A stretch of 64,000 bases of DNA from Paragordius varius (lineage: Eukaryota; Animalia; Nematomorpha), in contig OZ176059.1 of assembly GCA_964247055.1 (NCBI GenBank), forward strand, positions 2,790,001 to 2,854,000. Direction: 5' to 3'. Positions 50,501 to 64,000 of this stretch are shown piece after piece. The position numbers and the translations under genes are program-made. Each line of letters starts with the position of its first letter. The stretch's first letter is position 1. The notes beneath the pieces were generated by a model, which made no database searches, was not told where the DNA came from, and saw only the letters and a program-made list of their open reading frames with translations.

Positions 50501-53500
50501 CCATTTACAGTTCAAATACCCTTGAACAATTCAAATTCACCTCAAACAATTCAAATTTACCCTCAGATAATACATGTTTTTTCATATTAAAAATTACCTA
50601 TAAATTATTTAAAAAATAAAATTTTGTTTTAAATTAAAATAACACTGAAAAAATAATAAATTATGCCATAAAGATATATTTTATATTATTTCGACACATA
50701 ATTTATTTTTAAAGTGAGTTTGAATTGTTCGAGGGTGAATAATTGTTTTAGGGTGAATTTGAGTTGTTAAAGGGTGAATTTGAAGTGTAAATGGTATATA
50801 TATATTAGATGACTGGGCAAATTTTAAACATGGATCTTACAAAAATATTATAAAAATATTCCAACTAAATTTTGATTTAAATTTCATTCATTCCATCCAT
50901 ATATAAATTATAAATACCATTTACAGTTCAAACTCACCCTCGAACAATTCAAATTTACCCTAGAATTGTTTTCGAACTAATGTAACACATTATTAATATG
51001 AAATATATCTTTATGGCATAGTTTCAATTTAAATTATAATTTTATTTTTTAAAAATATATAAAAAATATAGGTAAATTTTAATCTTAAAAACATATAATA
51101 TATTCGAGGGTAATTGTTCGAGGGTGAATTCGAATCGTAAATTGTATTTATTATGCCAATGAAGCAGTAATAATTCAAATCAATTGATTAAAAATAGCTT
51201 CATACAAACTTTTTTTTGTACCAATAATGCATAATTAATTAATATGAATAAAAAAATGGTTATATTAGTCATATTGATATTTATGCCATTACGTACATAA
51301 AAAATATATATACCATTTACAGTTTAAATTCACCCTAAAAATAAATTATGTATTTTTAGGCTAGTATAACTCATCATCAATCAGAAATATGTTTTTACGA
51401 CATAGTTTATTATTTTTTCAGCATTATATTAATTTTAAACGTAATTTCATTTTTTAAAAATATAAAAAAATATAGGTAATTTTTAATCTTATAAATAGTT
51501 TATTTCAGGATGAATTTGAATTGTTCGAGGGTAAATTTGTATTTTTAAGGGTTAATTTGAACTGTAAATGGTATATTATGTAAGATTTTTAAATTTTTTC
51601 TAAAATAAGCTTATAAATTTCGCTTTCATATACGGTATTTAATATTTTGTATGAAATTCTTGGGATACTGTTACTACTCTCCAAATTTATATCATAATCC
51701 ATTTGCGTTATTGTTATATTTTGATTTACATTTCCTCTTTTAAGATATTTATATTTATTTTAACAAATTTTTCTTTTTTAATCATCTTTTTAAGTGCAAT
51801 AAATATAATTATAAAAAGGTCGACTTCGATTCCCTGGGTGCCGTTGTAAATCACAATGTAATACCAAACAATGCATTTGTTTTGCCGCTATGAGAGAATG
51901 TGACCCTGATCTATGTACCTCTTGTGGAGCAAGTAATGAAACCTTTTCAAAAAAAAAAATTTTTTTTCATAAAGTTTTTTGTTTTCAAAAACCACAATTT
52001 TTAATAAAAAAAAAATGTAAAAAATTTTGAATTAAACAGTTTAAAAACGTAAAAGAATGTTATTTGCTCTCTCAAAAGGACCATAGTTTTAGTTTTTTAT
52101 ATAACTTATTTATACGTTAATGTAATACGAGATTTTGAGTGGAACAGATGTGTTTTTCAAACCCAAACTATAAAGTTTAGTAGTATTTACCTACTTAAAA
52201 TATAATAAGAATCTTATAAAAAGTAATTAACTATATAAACTAATTGGTCATATTAATCAAGTTTCGACTTTTTTTAAAAAAAAATTTTTGTATTAATATC
52301 AAATGTCATAAACTAATATATTTTATTAGGGCTATTTTGTTGGATAGATGCCAAATTAAATTGATTAATATTTTACTGTCAAATATAAATTTTTAAGTTA
52401 AGTTGTTATCGTGATTTTGGTTAATAACACCTTTATTCAATTATTTTAACCATAAAACCTTTTTTGGTTGAAACCTTGTAAGGTTGAGTACAATGAATGA
52501 CTTTTATGTAAATAATACAGTAAAAACTGATATTAAACTACGGACAAAATGTAAAAAAATAAAGACAAATATTTTTTTCAAAAGACAACCATACTTTTAA
52601 AAAACCTTAATTTTTGCTATATATAATAATTAATTACAATCGTAAACTGCTTAATTGATTGTGCTACCAATTTACATTTCTATTTTATATTTTGCAGTTT
52701 AATACAATCAGTTATATTCAAAAAAATCAAGATTCTAAAATATGGTTGTCTTTTAGAAAAAAAATATTTGTCTTTATATTTTTCTTTTTGTCCGTATATT
52801 TTCAATTTTTATTGTATTACGGCACTTTTTAAATATGTATATTTTTCCTCCAATCACGGCAAATTTTTTTTCTTTGATTTTATACATGATAGACCAAATT
52901 TCTATAAAAAGGTTTTGTGTGATGTGAATATTAATCGTTCCCAAAACAGGCCTCATATTTAAAATTTTATATTTTTATCATATAATATATATACCATTTA
53001 CAATTCAAGTTCACCCTCGAACAATTCAAAACCACCCTTGAACCATTCAAATTCTCCCTTGAACATTAAAATTCTCCCTAAAAATAAAATATGTGTTTTT
53101 GGGCTTATATAACTTATTATTAAGATATAAAATATATCTTTATAACTAAGTTTTTTTATTTTTTCAGTATTATTTTAATTACAAACAAAATTTTATTTTT
53201 TTTAAAATATAATAGGTAATATTTAATCTTAAAAAGGCACACACACTTTATTTTAGTTCACTTGATGAATTGTTAGGTGAATTTGATGAATTGTCCAAGG
53301 GTGAATTTGAATTGTTTAAGGGTGATTATAAGTGCAAATGGTATATACATCATTATATATTTTAAGGTAAAATTGGTTGTGAAGTGAGTTGTCGTAACAC
53401 TAATATCCAACGAGGACTGAAAAAGGTTTCATTGCAAACATAATTAATTTTTAGCATTTATTATTATCGTATTCGGATGTGGCTGGTTGGGGTATATTCA

Positions 53501-55448
53501 CTAAATTTGACATTGCTAAAAATGATTTTATTTCCGAATATTGTGGAGAGGTAATATTACCATATATTTTTTTAATTTTGTAAAAATCAAATTATAGATT
53601 ACTTATATTATAGGTGTTTTTTTGAGAATTATAAATTATTTAGTAAAATTTTTAATTTTGAAACAACAACTTTATATTCAAGAACAATTTGAGGTTTAAA
53701 TGTCATTTTACTTTCGATTAAAAAATGTTGCCATGAAAATAAATATGTTGTCCATAAATGTGAAATAAAGTTATTCCTTTTTTAAATGATAATGGCTTTA
53801 AAAAGCGAAAATATTATTTTTTTGAGTTAAAAAGCTCTGTTTTTACAAAATAAATAAAATATAAATATAGGTATATTACAAAATTAAATTTAATATTTTA
53901 CCCCACACGCTAGGTTATTAGTCAAGATGAGGCTGAGAGACGTGGAAGAATATATGATAAACATAAATCTAGCTTTCTTTTTAACCTTAATGTCGGTATG
54001 ATGTCTTTACCATTTACAGTTCAAATTCACCCTTGAACAGTTCAAATTTACCCTTGAACAATTCAAATTCACCCTTAAATAAATTATGTGTTTTTTTAAT
54101 TTTTAAAAATACCTTTATTTTTTAATATTTCAAAAATATGAAATTCTGTTCAAAAAGTATGTCGTTATTTCATATGAATATGAGTAATATAAACCCGAAA
54201 ACATATAATTTATTTTTAGGGTGAATTTGAATTGTTTGAGGATGAATTTAAATTGTAAATGGTATATATACCTTATTAATGAGTCTGACGCTTTCAGAGG
54301 GTTTTAAATATAAGCAATTGTATTAATATCAATTTAAATGTTAGAATTTCTATAACTTAAAATTTGATCCATTTCTTTATATATATATATGGAAAAAGCC
54401 TAAATAAGTTAATTAGATGCTTATGTTTTGTAATTAAACTCTTTTTAAAAAATTAAAATTATACGTGCAAAACATAAAAGGTATAAAGACAAATATTTTT
54501 TAAGACAACCATACTTACTTTTTAATATATCGATTCTTTGAATAGCAAAATATAAAATAGAGATCTATATTGGTAACACGATTAAATATATATTTTATAT
54601 TTGTAAATATATATTTAAAGCAAAAATTCAGGTTCAAAAGTATGGTTGTTTTTTGAAAAAAATATTTATCTTTATATTTTTATGTTTTGTTCGTATATTT
54701 TAACTTTTTACTATTACTTATACTTTTTTCATATCTTTTTCTCCATTAAACTTATCATAACGACACGAGATTTATATTAATTATTAAATATTTTTTATAC
54801 CACACACAATTTATATTTAGTGTTTTATATAATTAAATTTTTCTTCGTGTTTTTTAGATTTCGTTGTAGATGCTACACGGAAGGGAAATAAAATTAGATT
54901 TGCAAATCATTCACACACCCCAAATTGTTATGCTAAAGTTTTGATGGTTAACGGAGATCATAGGATAGGTATTTTTGCTAAGCGACACATTAAAGCCAGT
55001 GAAGAATTATTTTTTGATTACAGGTAACTTAACTTAATTTAACGTATATTTAACCTCCTGGGGTGACTTTACTTATGTACGGCTTGCGAAAAATTTGAAA
55101 ATTTCCATAATTTGCAAAAAAAATTGTTCACAAATCTTGTTAAAATTGATATTACCTAAACAATTTTTCTGATAAAGTATGCTATATTGGCATAAACTAG
55201 TCAAAATTATTGTTTGTATTATTATGTTTTTCACAATTTCTACGTTTAATAAAACCTACTAAATTTCTTATAAATGCCCATATATTTTTATAATGCGCCC
55301 CGCGATTCTTGTACACCCCTATATTTAATTATGCCGTATATGGCATTATACATAAAATGAGTGAGAAATTAACTGTGTTTTAATATGGTTGGACTGGGGT
55401 ATATAACACAAATTGCTTTATCACTTTATTATAAAATACATATGGGCA

Positions 55449-55490
<42 letters not shown>

Positions 55491-56124
55491 TATATATAAC
55501 GTAAAAATACGAACAATATATATATATATATCACCTATTTGCTAGTTTATTGCCAAAATTCGGTAAAACTTATTCAAAAATTTCAATACTAAGAATGCAT
55601 AAATAAAAAGCAATATATTTGTAAAATTATTAAATCTCGTGCTTATTAAGTATTTTTTATAATTTAACGTGGGCCGTATGTTGGACACCCCGGAAAAATA
55701 ATAATTTACAACCAATATAGTTTCTAAAATTATTACAATTAATATAATAAAATGATTTTTTTTTAAACCATATTCTTTGTCGGTAATAAAACAAATAAAA
55801 AAGTACATTGTTATTAAGATATAATTAAATTATTCTTTGAAATAGAATCATATATTTGGTTAAAATATTTTAGTATGAGTTATGGTTCATTAAATTATTA
55901 TCCATATTCCGTTTTTTTTTTCAAAATACTCTGATATAATTGTTAGTAAGAATGGGTTATATATTCTCTTATTTATTCTATAATGGCAAATATTTATATA
56001 TATATAATTTTTTATTTTTAACGAACTTTTAATTAGGTATGGTCCTATGGATGCCCTTAAATACGTTTTGCATGAGAAGAAAGGGAGAAATCATGCACGT
56101 AAAGCATCAAATAAATCACTTTAA
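41425..56124 (+). CDS. EZH2: Histone-lysine N-methyltransferase EZH2/Enhancer of zeste (PRC2 catalytic subunit), about 22 exons; 5'-most exons tentative
   Basis: [11 protein letters not shown]|[58 protein letters not shown]...[21 protein letters not shown]|[22 protein letters not shown]|[49 protein letters not shown]|Y; stop 56122-56124. Confidence 0.96.
42836..43058. mobile_element. Tc1/mariner-like MITE, 24-bp perfect TIR, TA TSD; truncated relative at about 12231-12419 in serpin intron 1
   Basis: TA-CAGTCATGTATCCTTTATTTTATC ... GATAAAATAAAGGATACATGACTG-TA. Confidence 0.88.
44007..54262. mobile_element. Cluster of CCATTTAC-family TA-flanked MITEs in EZH2 introns: 44007-44467, about 44770-44870 (partial), 45771-46119, 46312-46615, 50501-50794, 50917-51145, 51313-51571, 52994-53341, 54010-54262
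   Basis: TA-CCATTTACA(G/A)TTCAAATTCACCC... / ...GGGTGAATTTGAA(C/G)TGTAAATGG-TA with variable numbers of 21-bp TTCAAATTCACCCTTGAACAA units. Confidence 0.88.
45199..45331. mobile_element. Small MITE with about 30-bp imperfect TIRs; partial relative near 14190-14270
   Basis: TATAGTAGGGCAATTTACAACAC ... GTGTTGCGAATTGCCCCCTACTATA. Confidence 0.6.
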
Positions 56125-58593
56125 CAAAGATACCCAAAACATAATAAAATTTGCTATATTGTTTTTATGATTTGTAAATTGTCGCGTTTGTTGTTAAAAT
56201 TAATCATAAAATAAATTGTTTTTATTATAAAAAAAACGCACATATTAATTTATTCAACGATTAGACAGATAAAAAATTAGAGGTATTTGACGGCCAGATG
56301 GTTATATAAATTTTTTTTATAATTTGTTAAAAAATGTCATGATCTCAATTTATACAAGTGATGAAAAATAAAATTTACCCTACTATAAAAGGAGCCATCT
56401 AAATATTCAACTCTAATAATTTATTTTTCATATTTTTGTTCATCTTTTGATTCTATTGGTCAATCGAATCCAAATTGTGTTGATTGAATTTTCATACAGC
56501 ATGATCGGAATATATTTGTTATGATTGCATAATGGGTAAATATAATGTCCGAAATAAAAACAATAGCTTTAATCAATCAAAAACATCCCGCTAAAGGTAT
56601 TTAGAATGATAATAATTTTATAAATTGTCTTATATTAGGGATTTTTAAAAGAAAGGCAAAAAGGCCAGCGATTGCTGCGTTAAAATGCAGCTAAAATTTA
56701 GATAAAAAGTGGTATAAAAAACACTTTTTACTTTAAAAAACTTAATAATTTTAAATTAATTTAATAAATGATTTTTACCCAAAACACTTGAGAGGATATA
56801 CGAATCATACCATTAATATCTAAAAGCTAGTATAAATTGTTTTTATAAAGAAATACATAATAATTTTGCGGTTTTAATTCTTTTTTTGTGCATGTTAAGA
56901 AACCAAATAATTTGGTTAAATCCTATAATCCATTTGAATTTTTCGATTTGGTTAATTATAATTAATCTTTTTAAAAACTCATTCTACACCAAATTCAAAA
57001 CAACATAATTGGTTTCAAATAGAGAGGTATCCAACACAAATGGCTTCGCGGGCCTTATTTTAAACTCAAAATTTTAAAAATAAGCATTCATATTTAATTA
57101 GATTTGAAACATAAGACTGCAAAATGCAAACACAGTTTAACAAATTTTTTATAGTTTGTTGCGAATTGGATAGACTTATTTCTAAGGATCCAATTATGAA
57201 TATCGATTAAAATTTTAATAACATATTTTAACAAATTGTGTAATTCCAAATTTTTTGGGAGCCGCATGTTAAACACCCTTGGTTTAATACAATAAATACT
57301 TAATAAATTTGTCGGGCAATAACAGTAAATATATTAGTTTATTTTAACCAAATTATAAAAAATTTAAAGGATATGTATGTAAGTTTTCCATATATATTTT
57401 GATCTATGAGTAGACCTTATGATTTCCAATCCAGAAAAAATTAGTTTTTTAATAATGTAAACCAAATCAAACTATTCGATATGTGCGGGTTAACAAAAAA
57501 ACTTATAAATTAAATATTACCAAGGATATATCGACAACCATATTAGTTTATTAAAAACTTGGGCCGGGAAAATGATTCCCGGCAACAGGTAACACATTTA
57601 TTTTTAGTTTGGTTGCAATTTATGAGGAAGTTTTTCAAATATGTCAAGTATGTGTGTAATGATAATATATATGTAACACATAGTTGTGATTGATGGTATA
57701 GATAGGTAGTCTTAAAATGTGCTTTTTCCTCAAAAAACATTACATCGATAAGATGGATTGATATGCAAAATTTTGCTGATAAAAATCATTAATATACTAA
57801 TAAGTGTATATGTGTGTGATAATATAAAACAAAACATTAAACTTGACAATACATAAATAATGAATGGTCTAATACTTTAAAACAAAGCCTGGACTTTACA
57901 ATATGAATGGACAAACTGAAGCGTTGAATTTCTTAAACAACCATAAAATTATGGACAAAAATATAGATAAATATGCTATAAATTAAAAATGGGAAATATA
58001 TATATATATAGAGCATAAAATACTGTTGTATAATATATGTATATATAGATAGACAATCAAGTATAAAATATGCGCAATAAAAAGGGGCTAAAATTGCATT
58101 ACATATAAAATAAAATAGTAAGATATAGGCTAAAAATTGCGGTTGATCATCAGATATATGTATATATAAATATATGTGCTTATAAAATTAATTCATGAAA
58201 TAATTATAAAAACATGCATTATTGAAATAGAATTGCCTTATTAATGTATAATTCATGTTTTAAAAAACAAGCTTTAAAATCGTGTGTGGGAGTCAACGTA
58301 AAATCTTTAAATCAAAAAAACAATGAATAACAATTACAAGTGAGATATATTTATTTATAAACATGATTGTTTTATATTCACCCACTAAATTATAAAAAAA
58401 ACAAATCAATATATCACTAAAATAAGCGTACAAAGCAATGCATAATTATTTTACTATAAAAAGTGATATAAAAAATGAAGGGATATTAAAAACATTATTT
58501 CCTATACATTTCGGTTGCATTGCAAATTTTATTTTCCATAAACTAAGGCGGCGTTTAAAAATTCCTTGTGGAAAACAAAAAGTAGATATTTAC

Positions 58594-58883
58594 TCATCGT
58601 AATTGTTTAAAAAGGTTAAGTTTGGAGTCCGGTTCATGCTAAAATTGAAATATACAGGAATATATAAAATTGGATTACAAATTAATGTTTAAAATAAGGG
58701 GTATTTTGCCCTGCTTTAAATTATTTTTCAACTATATATATATATATATATGTATATGTAAAAGTTACTTTTTGTGGAATTTGACGGTCAAAAACGTTCC
58801 AAAAACGTAAAGTTTCATCTCCGGCCCCGGTAACGATAGATTTACCATCTGGAGATAAGGCCTAAGCATTACAATAAATAAAG

Positions 58884-58914
<31 letters not shown>

Positions 58915-60841
58915 GAATAAATTTATAAAAGATGGCAGTTTCCAATCGTAACAATGAGTTAGTAAATAACTTTATTCTATTTTTGGTAAAAATATTTTTG
59001 GTTTATTACGAATTTACTCTTGCATCAATTAATTTATTACTTTTGTGTGACTTTCACTTTTAAAAATCGATTTTATGCTTGTTCTCACTATTTAATTCGT
59101 TTTCGTTGCTAGTACAACATTATATCGTAATTTTATTTATTATCCAAATGATAAAATGATGCAAAAAACAAATGAAAGGACCTACAATGTTTCAACAATA
59201 ACTAAAATTTTTACTGTAATCAAATATGATAATTAATTTTTGAATTAAATGGTTCCACTTATAATGTAAAAAACAGCATACCAAATATAAGACACGATAA
59301 GTGTGTCCGGTCAAAACGGCGATTTGTGATAAGGATGGGTACTTCCAAACTATAATCTGATTTTGTGAATATCCGTGGGTGCTTACCTATTTTACCCAAA
59401 TAAATATTTAAAACGCAACATTTAATGTGAGTTGACCCATTTTTTTTACCTATTATTGTAACAAATGACTTTCTTATCTTTTATTATCGCAAAAACAACT
59501 TTACTAATCTCTTTTCGCGTAAGCGCAATGCCTATTTATTAACGAGGTAAATGTAATCACTGTGTTATATGTAAAAAAATCTTGTTTTTTTTTACATTTG
59601 CATGCCAAACACACCAATAAAATATTATATTTATGTTAAAAAATAACTTTACTCTTTTTTCAACTTTTTAATACATATTTTTGGTCGTAATTTCGCAAAA
59701 AAAAGAAATTTTGACAATTAAATCACATTTTTTTTCAAAAAAAAGCAGCAAAAAGCACATACAAATTCATCCGGGTAATGAGACCATGATAGATTACATA
59801 TTTGACTACCCGTACAAACTGACAGTCGAGACCGAGAATCACTAATGAGTGTGTTCCAAAACCGAAGAGTTCGGTCCGCCGTCCCACCCCCGCTAACGAG
59901 ACAACCGCGCTGGTGCGGGTTCCACGCTATAGCCTTGATAGCGGCATTGTGTTCTATTTTAAGTTAGTTAGTTAGATAGTTAGTTAGTTATATAGTTATA
60001 GATGTAAAATTGTATGCATAAAGAGACAAAACGTAAAAAATAAAGACAATCATATTTTTCATACTATTTTACCAACCTGAGTTTTTAAACACTATATTAT
60101 ATTACATTGTTTTGGGTTACGAAACGGGTATTAAAAATGTAAATTGGAAATATACTCAATATAATTAATTCATTGAAATATATAATTTAGGTAAAAAATT
60201 GAAGTTATATAAAATGTATATGGTTTTCTTTTAATTTTTTACGTTTTACCTGTATAACATTTAATGTATAAAGAGATAAAAAGTTAAAAAGGGTAAAAGG
60301 TAAATATTTTTTGTAAAAAAAAACACCCAATTTTCCAACATATAATTTTGAGTTTGAAAAGAGATATAAACATGCAATATTTTACCATTAAATATAAATT
60401 ATATAAAAAATCAATGATTGAATCAAAAATATTTCAAACACTAAAAGAAAAAATTTTAATGTTTTTATACATTCACATTAACTATAATTTTATTTGATTT
60501 ATATTTTAAAAAGAGGTAAAAATCTACCCAAATATTCATTGACAGGGGTTGTGGCATACCGTAGATCCCACAACAATAATTTATTATCATTTCCACCCGT
60601 TGCTAATTGCATTCGATCAGGTGACCATTTCATACCACATATCTTGTATATGAATCAAAAACAAGGGCAGGCCATTAAAATTAAATAAAAAATGTATTAT
60701 ATATATATATATATATATTTATATTATTTTGAATGTTTATTAATGTATTTATAATCAAAATAAAAATTTATTATATAAAACCATTTTAATTAAAATGTAA
60801 TGGGAAATTAATTTATTTATAATCAAAACATAATAAAAACT

Positions 60842-60878
<37 letters not shown>

Positions 60879-63166
60879 CTATATACCTCTTGCTTGTGCC
60901 CAACAAAAGTTTTAACAATGCAGGGATGTTGATAGTATCTACAACAAAGCGTATCAAAATTAAATTAATATCATGCTTAGTCGGTATGTTCGTAAGCATA
61001 AAAACTTTTTTTTCACACATAATGATTTTGCAAATATATTACATTAATACATATATCAAATATTTAATCAATCAAACTTTTACACTTTGAATTTTAAAAT
61101 ACATCAATTTATTTAATCAATCAAACTTAAACATTTTGATTATATTACATTAATACATATATCGAATGATATTTAATCAATCAAACTTTTACACTTTAAA
61201 TTTTAAACTATATTAAATTTTTCTATTTGATAATCATTTTATGTTTGCCAAGTTTTGACAAAAAGAAACCCTTTTTTTTGAAAAACCCATCATTTAAAAG
61301 ATTCTTACCCCCCAACACAAGAAGCGGTTGTTGAATTACTACCACCCGAGATACGTAAATCAATAAGTTTAACGTCTCGGTCTCGACCACCCGTAGCTAG
61401 GGTTGTCCCATCCCGCCAAGCTAAAACTCCGACACGACCCGCGTGTACCCGCAAACATCGTATGATCCGTGGAGCTGCTACAGACCGGTCGTCCGGTTTT
61501 AGCGGTGTTTTACGTTTATTTTTGCAACAACAAGAACAATTTGTTGGTAATAATAGATCATTATTATCATAACGAGATTGTCTTCTATTATGGAGACAAT
61601 CCATCTTTGTTTTCTTCTTGTTTTTGGAAAAAAACGTAGTTTCTTGAGTAGGCGAGCCGGGGGACGCAGTGTTTGGATTCGTGTCCCATACAAGGATATA
61701 ACCAGCGTGGGTGCCAACCGCTAAATACTTCCCATTGCTAAAATTATTGTTATTGGGATTATTATCTCCAACAAGATTATATTTGTCGCCACGAATATTA
61801 CGACAAATGCATTTACATGTATGGGTACATGTATGGGTAGTACTACAACATTGATTATGCGAGGAAAAAAACTGAGGTTTACTCATAAAATTAACGGTAT
61901 TTTCAGCGGTGCTTGGTGGTGGTGAGGTAAAAGACATATCCTCATTAAAGTTATAACTATTATGTGGTGGTACATAATCATTACCTCTTATAAACTCATC
62001 GTTTTGTGTTTGAATTATAGCATTAGATTCGCTTAACATAATTTTTTGTCCGTTAAAACTCGAATCTAACATGAAAACATCATCGTCAGGATCAACAATA
62101 GGTGGTGGTGGTGGTAAAGGTAAATGAGATGTAGATAAAACGTTTGATGAGTTGGTAGTGTATTCCAAACATCGTGTTTTACATGGAGAATTTGGGATGG
62201 TATTATTGTTATAATTATAATAATTAAATCCATAACTGTCGTCGCTAAATAAAGCATAAAATTGAAAGGATTTAAACAATTATACATATATATATATATA
62301 TATAATGAATGTTTGGTATTTTAGTCATTTTTTGAGTTTACCGAGCAAAAGAAAGCAGCATTATTGGGTGAAAATCAATTTAGTATGTATATTACAAAAA
62401 ATTATGGGAGATCAAAAAAATACTACAAATATATAAAAGGGAAATGAATGATTTAAACTTTATATACTTATTAAAAATGTGGAATTTTTTTAACTTATAA
62501 AATAAAATAAAGCGAATGAATTGCAAAACTCTAAAAAAAAAAATTTGTACATCAAACGTATTTCTCGTTAATCAAAAAATAAATGTCTTAAAAACATATA
62601 ATAAAAAACCATTTTTTCCGTTTATTTCTCGTCGGCGTATTATTACTATATATTGGAGGAGAATTGTGCCTAAAATTTTTTTCATCACAACTACAATCTT
62701 TTACACAGTCATGACGGATAGCATTTTCATTTTCCACTATGAGCGGATGAGTAAAAGGAAACGTGGGCGGGGGAGACCGGTTTCTCAGTTGATCGCGGGC
62801 AGTTATAACGCTCCAAGCTAAACCCGTAATTTTATCCGTACCCATGGCACGATAAATGGAATCATATGTGTTTTGATGGCTCGCATTACAAAACCCTCTA
62901 TCACGGTTAAAAGATGCGCTATAAAAATGTCGGTTTATTTCTTCATTATTATTACAATGGCTATTTATGTCAGTGGTGGTGATGGTGGTGGTATTAATAT
63001 CAAAGGGTGTACTACTTGATATATGATGAGGCGAATTAGTTTGTTCCAAATTTTGATTGCCGTGGGGCGGCGAGATTAGGTAGTTGTTTAAGGTTGAAGG
63101 TATAATCGTTTTTTCAAGAGCCACACCAGGAACAATATTAGTAGATTGAACACATTGATTAGCCTG
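58594..63166 (-). CDS. FZR1: Fizzy-related/Cdh1 APC/C coactivator (WD40), C-terminal exons; 5' part extends further right (possible exon 63747-63850) and probably off-window
   Basis: Exons about 63166-62610, 62244-61309, 60938-60887, 60642-60528, 59953-59763, 59386-59282, 58861-58769, 58638-58594; [23 protein letters not shown]|[76 protein letters not shown], terminal LNLFKQLR*. Confidence 0.95.
59963..59990 (-). repeat. (CTAA)n microsatellite just upstream of a Cdh1 acceptor
   Basis: Plus strand TTAGTTAGTTAGATAGTTAGTTAGTTA; acceptor AG at 59955-59954. Confidence 0.9.
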
Positions 63167-63921
63167 CTGGGGGGGGGGGGGGGTAAAAAGCAAGGTAAAA
63201 AATGTTAAAAAGCAAGGTAAAAATGTTAAAAAGCGAATAGTAAAAAATTGGTTATAATGCACATATTAAAATCAGGATATGGTATAGTTTTTAACGTGAT
63301 TAAATTAACGTTAATTTAAATATAGTATAATTGGAAATTAAAAAATAATTTTATGCATTACCAATACTTATTTATATAATGGAATATAGGGTAGAAATAA
63401 GTAAAAATAATTATGAAGTAGTATCCCCCAAACACAATCACCATTGATATAGGTATGAAAGTGTGGTTTATAAACATTAGTCTGATTAACGTAATCAAAT
63501 ACGTTATAACGTTATTACATTTAAATTTTAAAAGAGAGCTAGCTAGCTAGCTAGCTATGAGTTTAAATAAGCCAATTTTTTATACACAATCTGTGAGTCG
63601 ACAACGATAAGTCAACACACGCCAAATTATGTTAAAAAACCATAGCAAAATTAGTAAAAATATTGAAAAATTTTATGGATATCACATTTTTACAAAAAAA
63701 CATAATATAATCTTTATATATAATGTAAAATATACTATACAAAACCTGTAATTCCTGTTGAATTGATAAATAAGGTTCCTCAAACTTTAAGCCCGAATCC
63801 TCGTTAATTAGAGTTTGAGACGAACAGGAAGGCATATCTAGTCCATTTTCTATAAAATATTGATGATATTAACATAACAAAATATTTTATTTGAAGGAAT
63901 TTAATACTGCAATAATATATA

Positions 63922-64000
63922 CCATTTACAATTCAATTTCACCCTCGAACAATTCGAATTCACCCTAAATATAAATCATGTGTTTTCGGTCTAATATAAC
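63922..64000. mobile_element. Left end of another CCATTTAC-family MITE (cut by the window edge)
   Basis: TA-CCATTTACAATTCAATTTCACCCTCGAACAATTCG. Confidence 0.85.

Noticed and set aside
59760-59995. GC-rich stretch with a stem-loop and (TTAG)n that looked like a LINE 3' end on the plus strand
   Set aside because: The minus strand is a Cdh1 exon ([33 protein letters not shown])
63166-63262. N-terminus of the 224-aa ORF (MHYNQFF...PPPPQ)
   Set aside because: Intronic 20-bp tandem repeat and poly-C tract upstream of a CAG acceptor

Overview
Very AT-rich, intron-containing animal (metazoan-type) genomic DNA; the species cannot be assigned from sequence alone. Five host genes were reconstructed by hand: a secreted serpin (-, 10585-13497), PRP4 kinase (+, 24280-27525), 6-phosphogluconolactonase (-, 33990-41314), EZH2/E(z) (+, about 41425-56124, head-to-head with PGLS) and Cdh1/Fizzy-related (-, 58594 to beyond 63166). 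There is also an orphan terminal exon at 2323-2604. Between and within the genes lie two near-intact RTE-clade LINEs, a 5.2-kb Penelope composite, a tRNA-derived SINE family, a non-autonomous Helitron and several MITE families (piggyBac-like TTAA, Tc1/mariner-like TA, hAT). Most notable: (1) repeated 22-31 nt GT-AG micro-introns alongside multi-kb TE-filled introns; (2) a Penelope full copy + pLTR + 1.7-kb inverted copy inserted as one unit (11-13 bp TSD) right against the PGLS intron-2 acceptor, with hammerhead-like motifs bracketing a 2957-nt unit in the host transcript orientation; (3) a minimal HDV-like ribozyme at the 5' end of an RTE; (4) very large low-complexity insertions inside the Cdh1 WD40 propeller and the EZH2 CXC domain. 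Exon boundaries and alignments were done by eye; no database searches were run.
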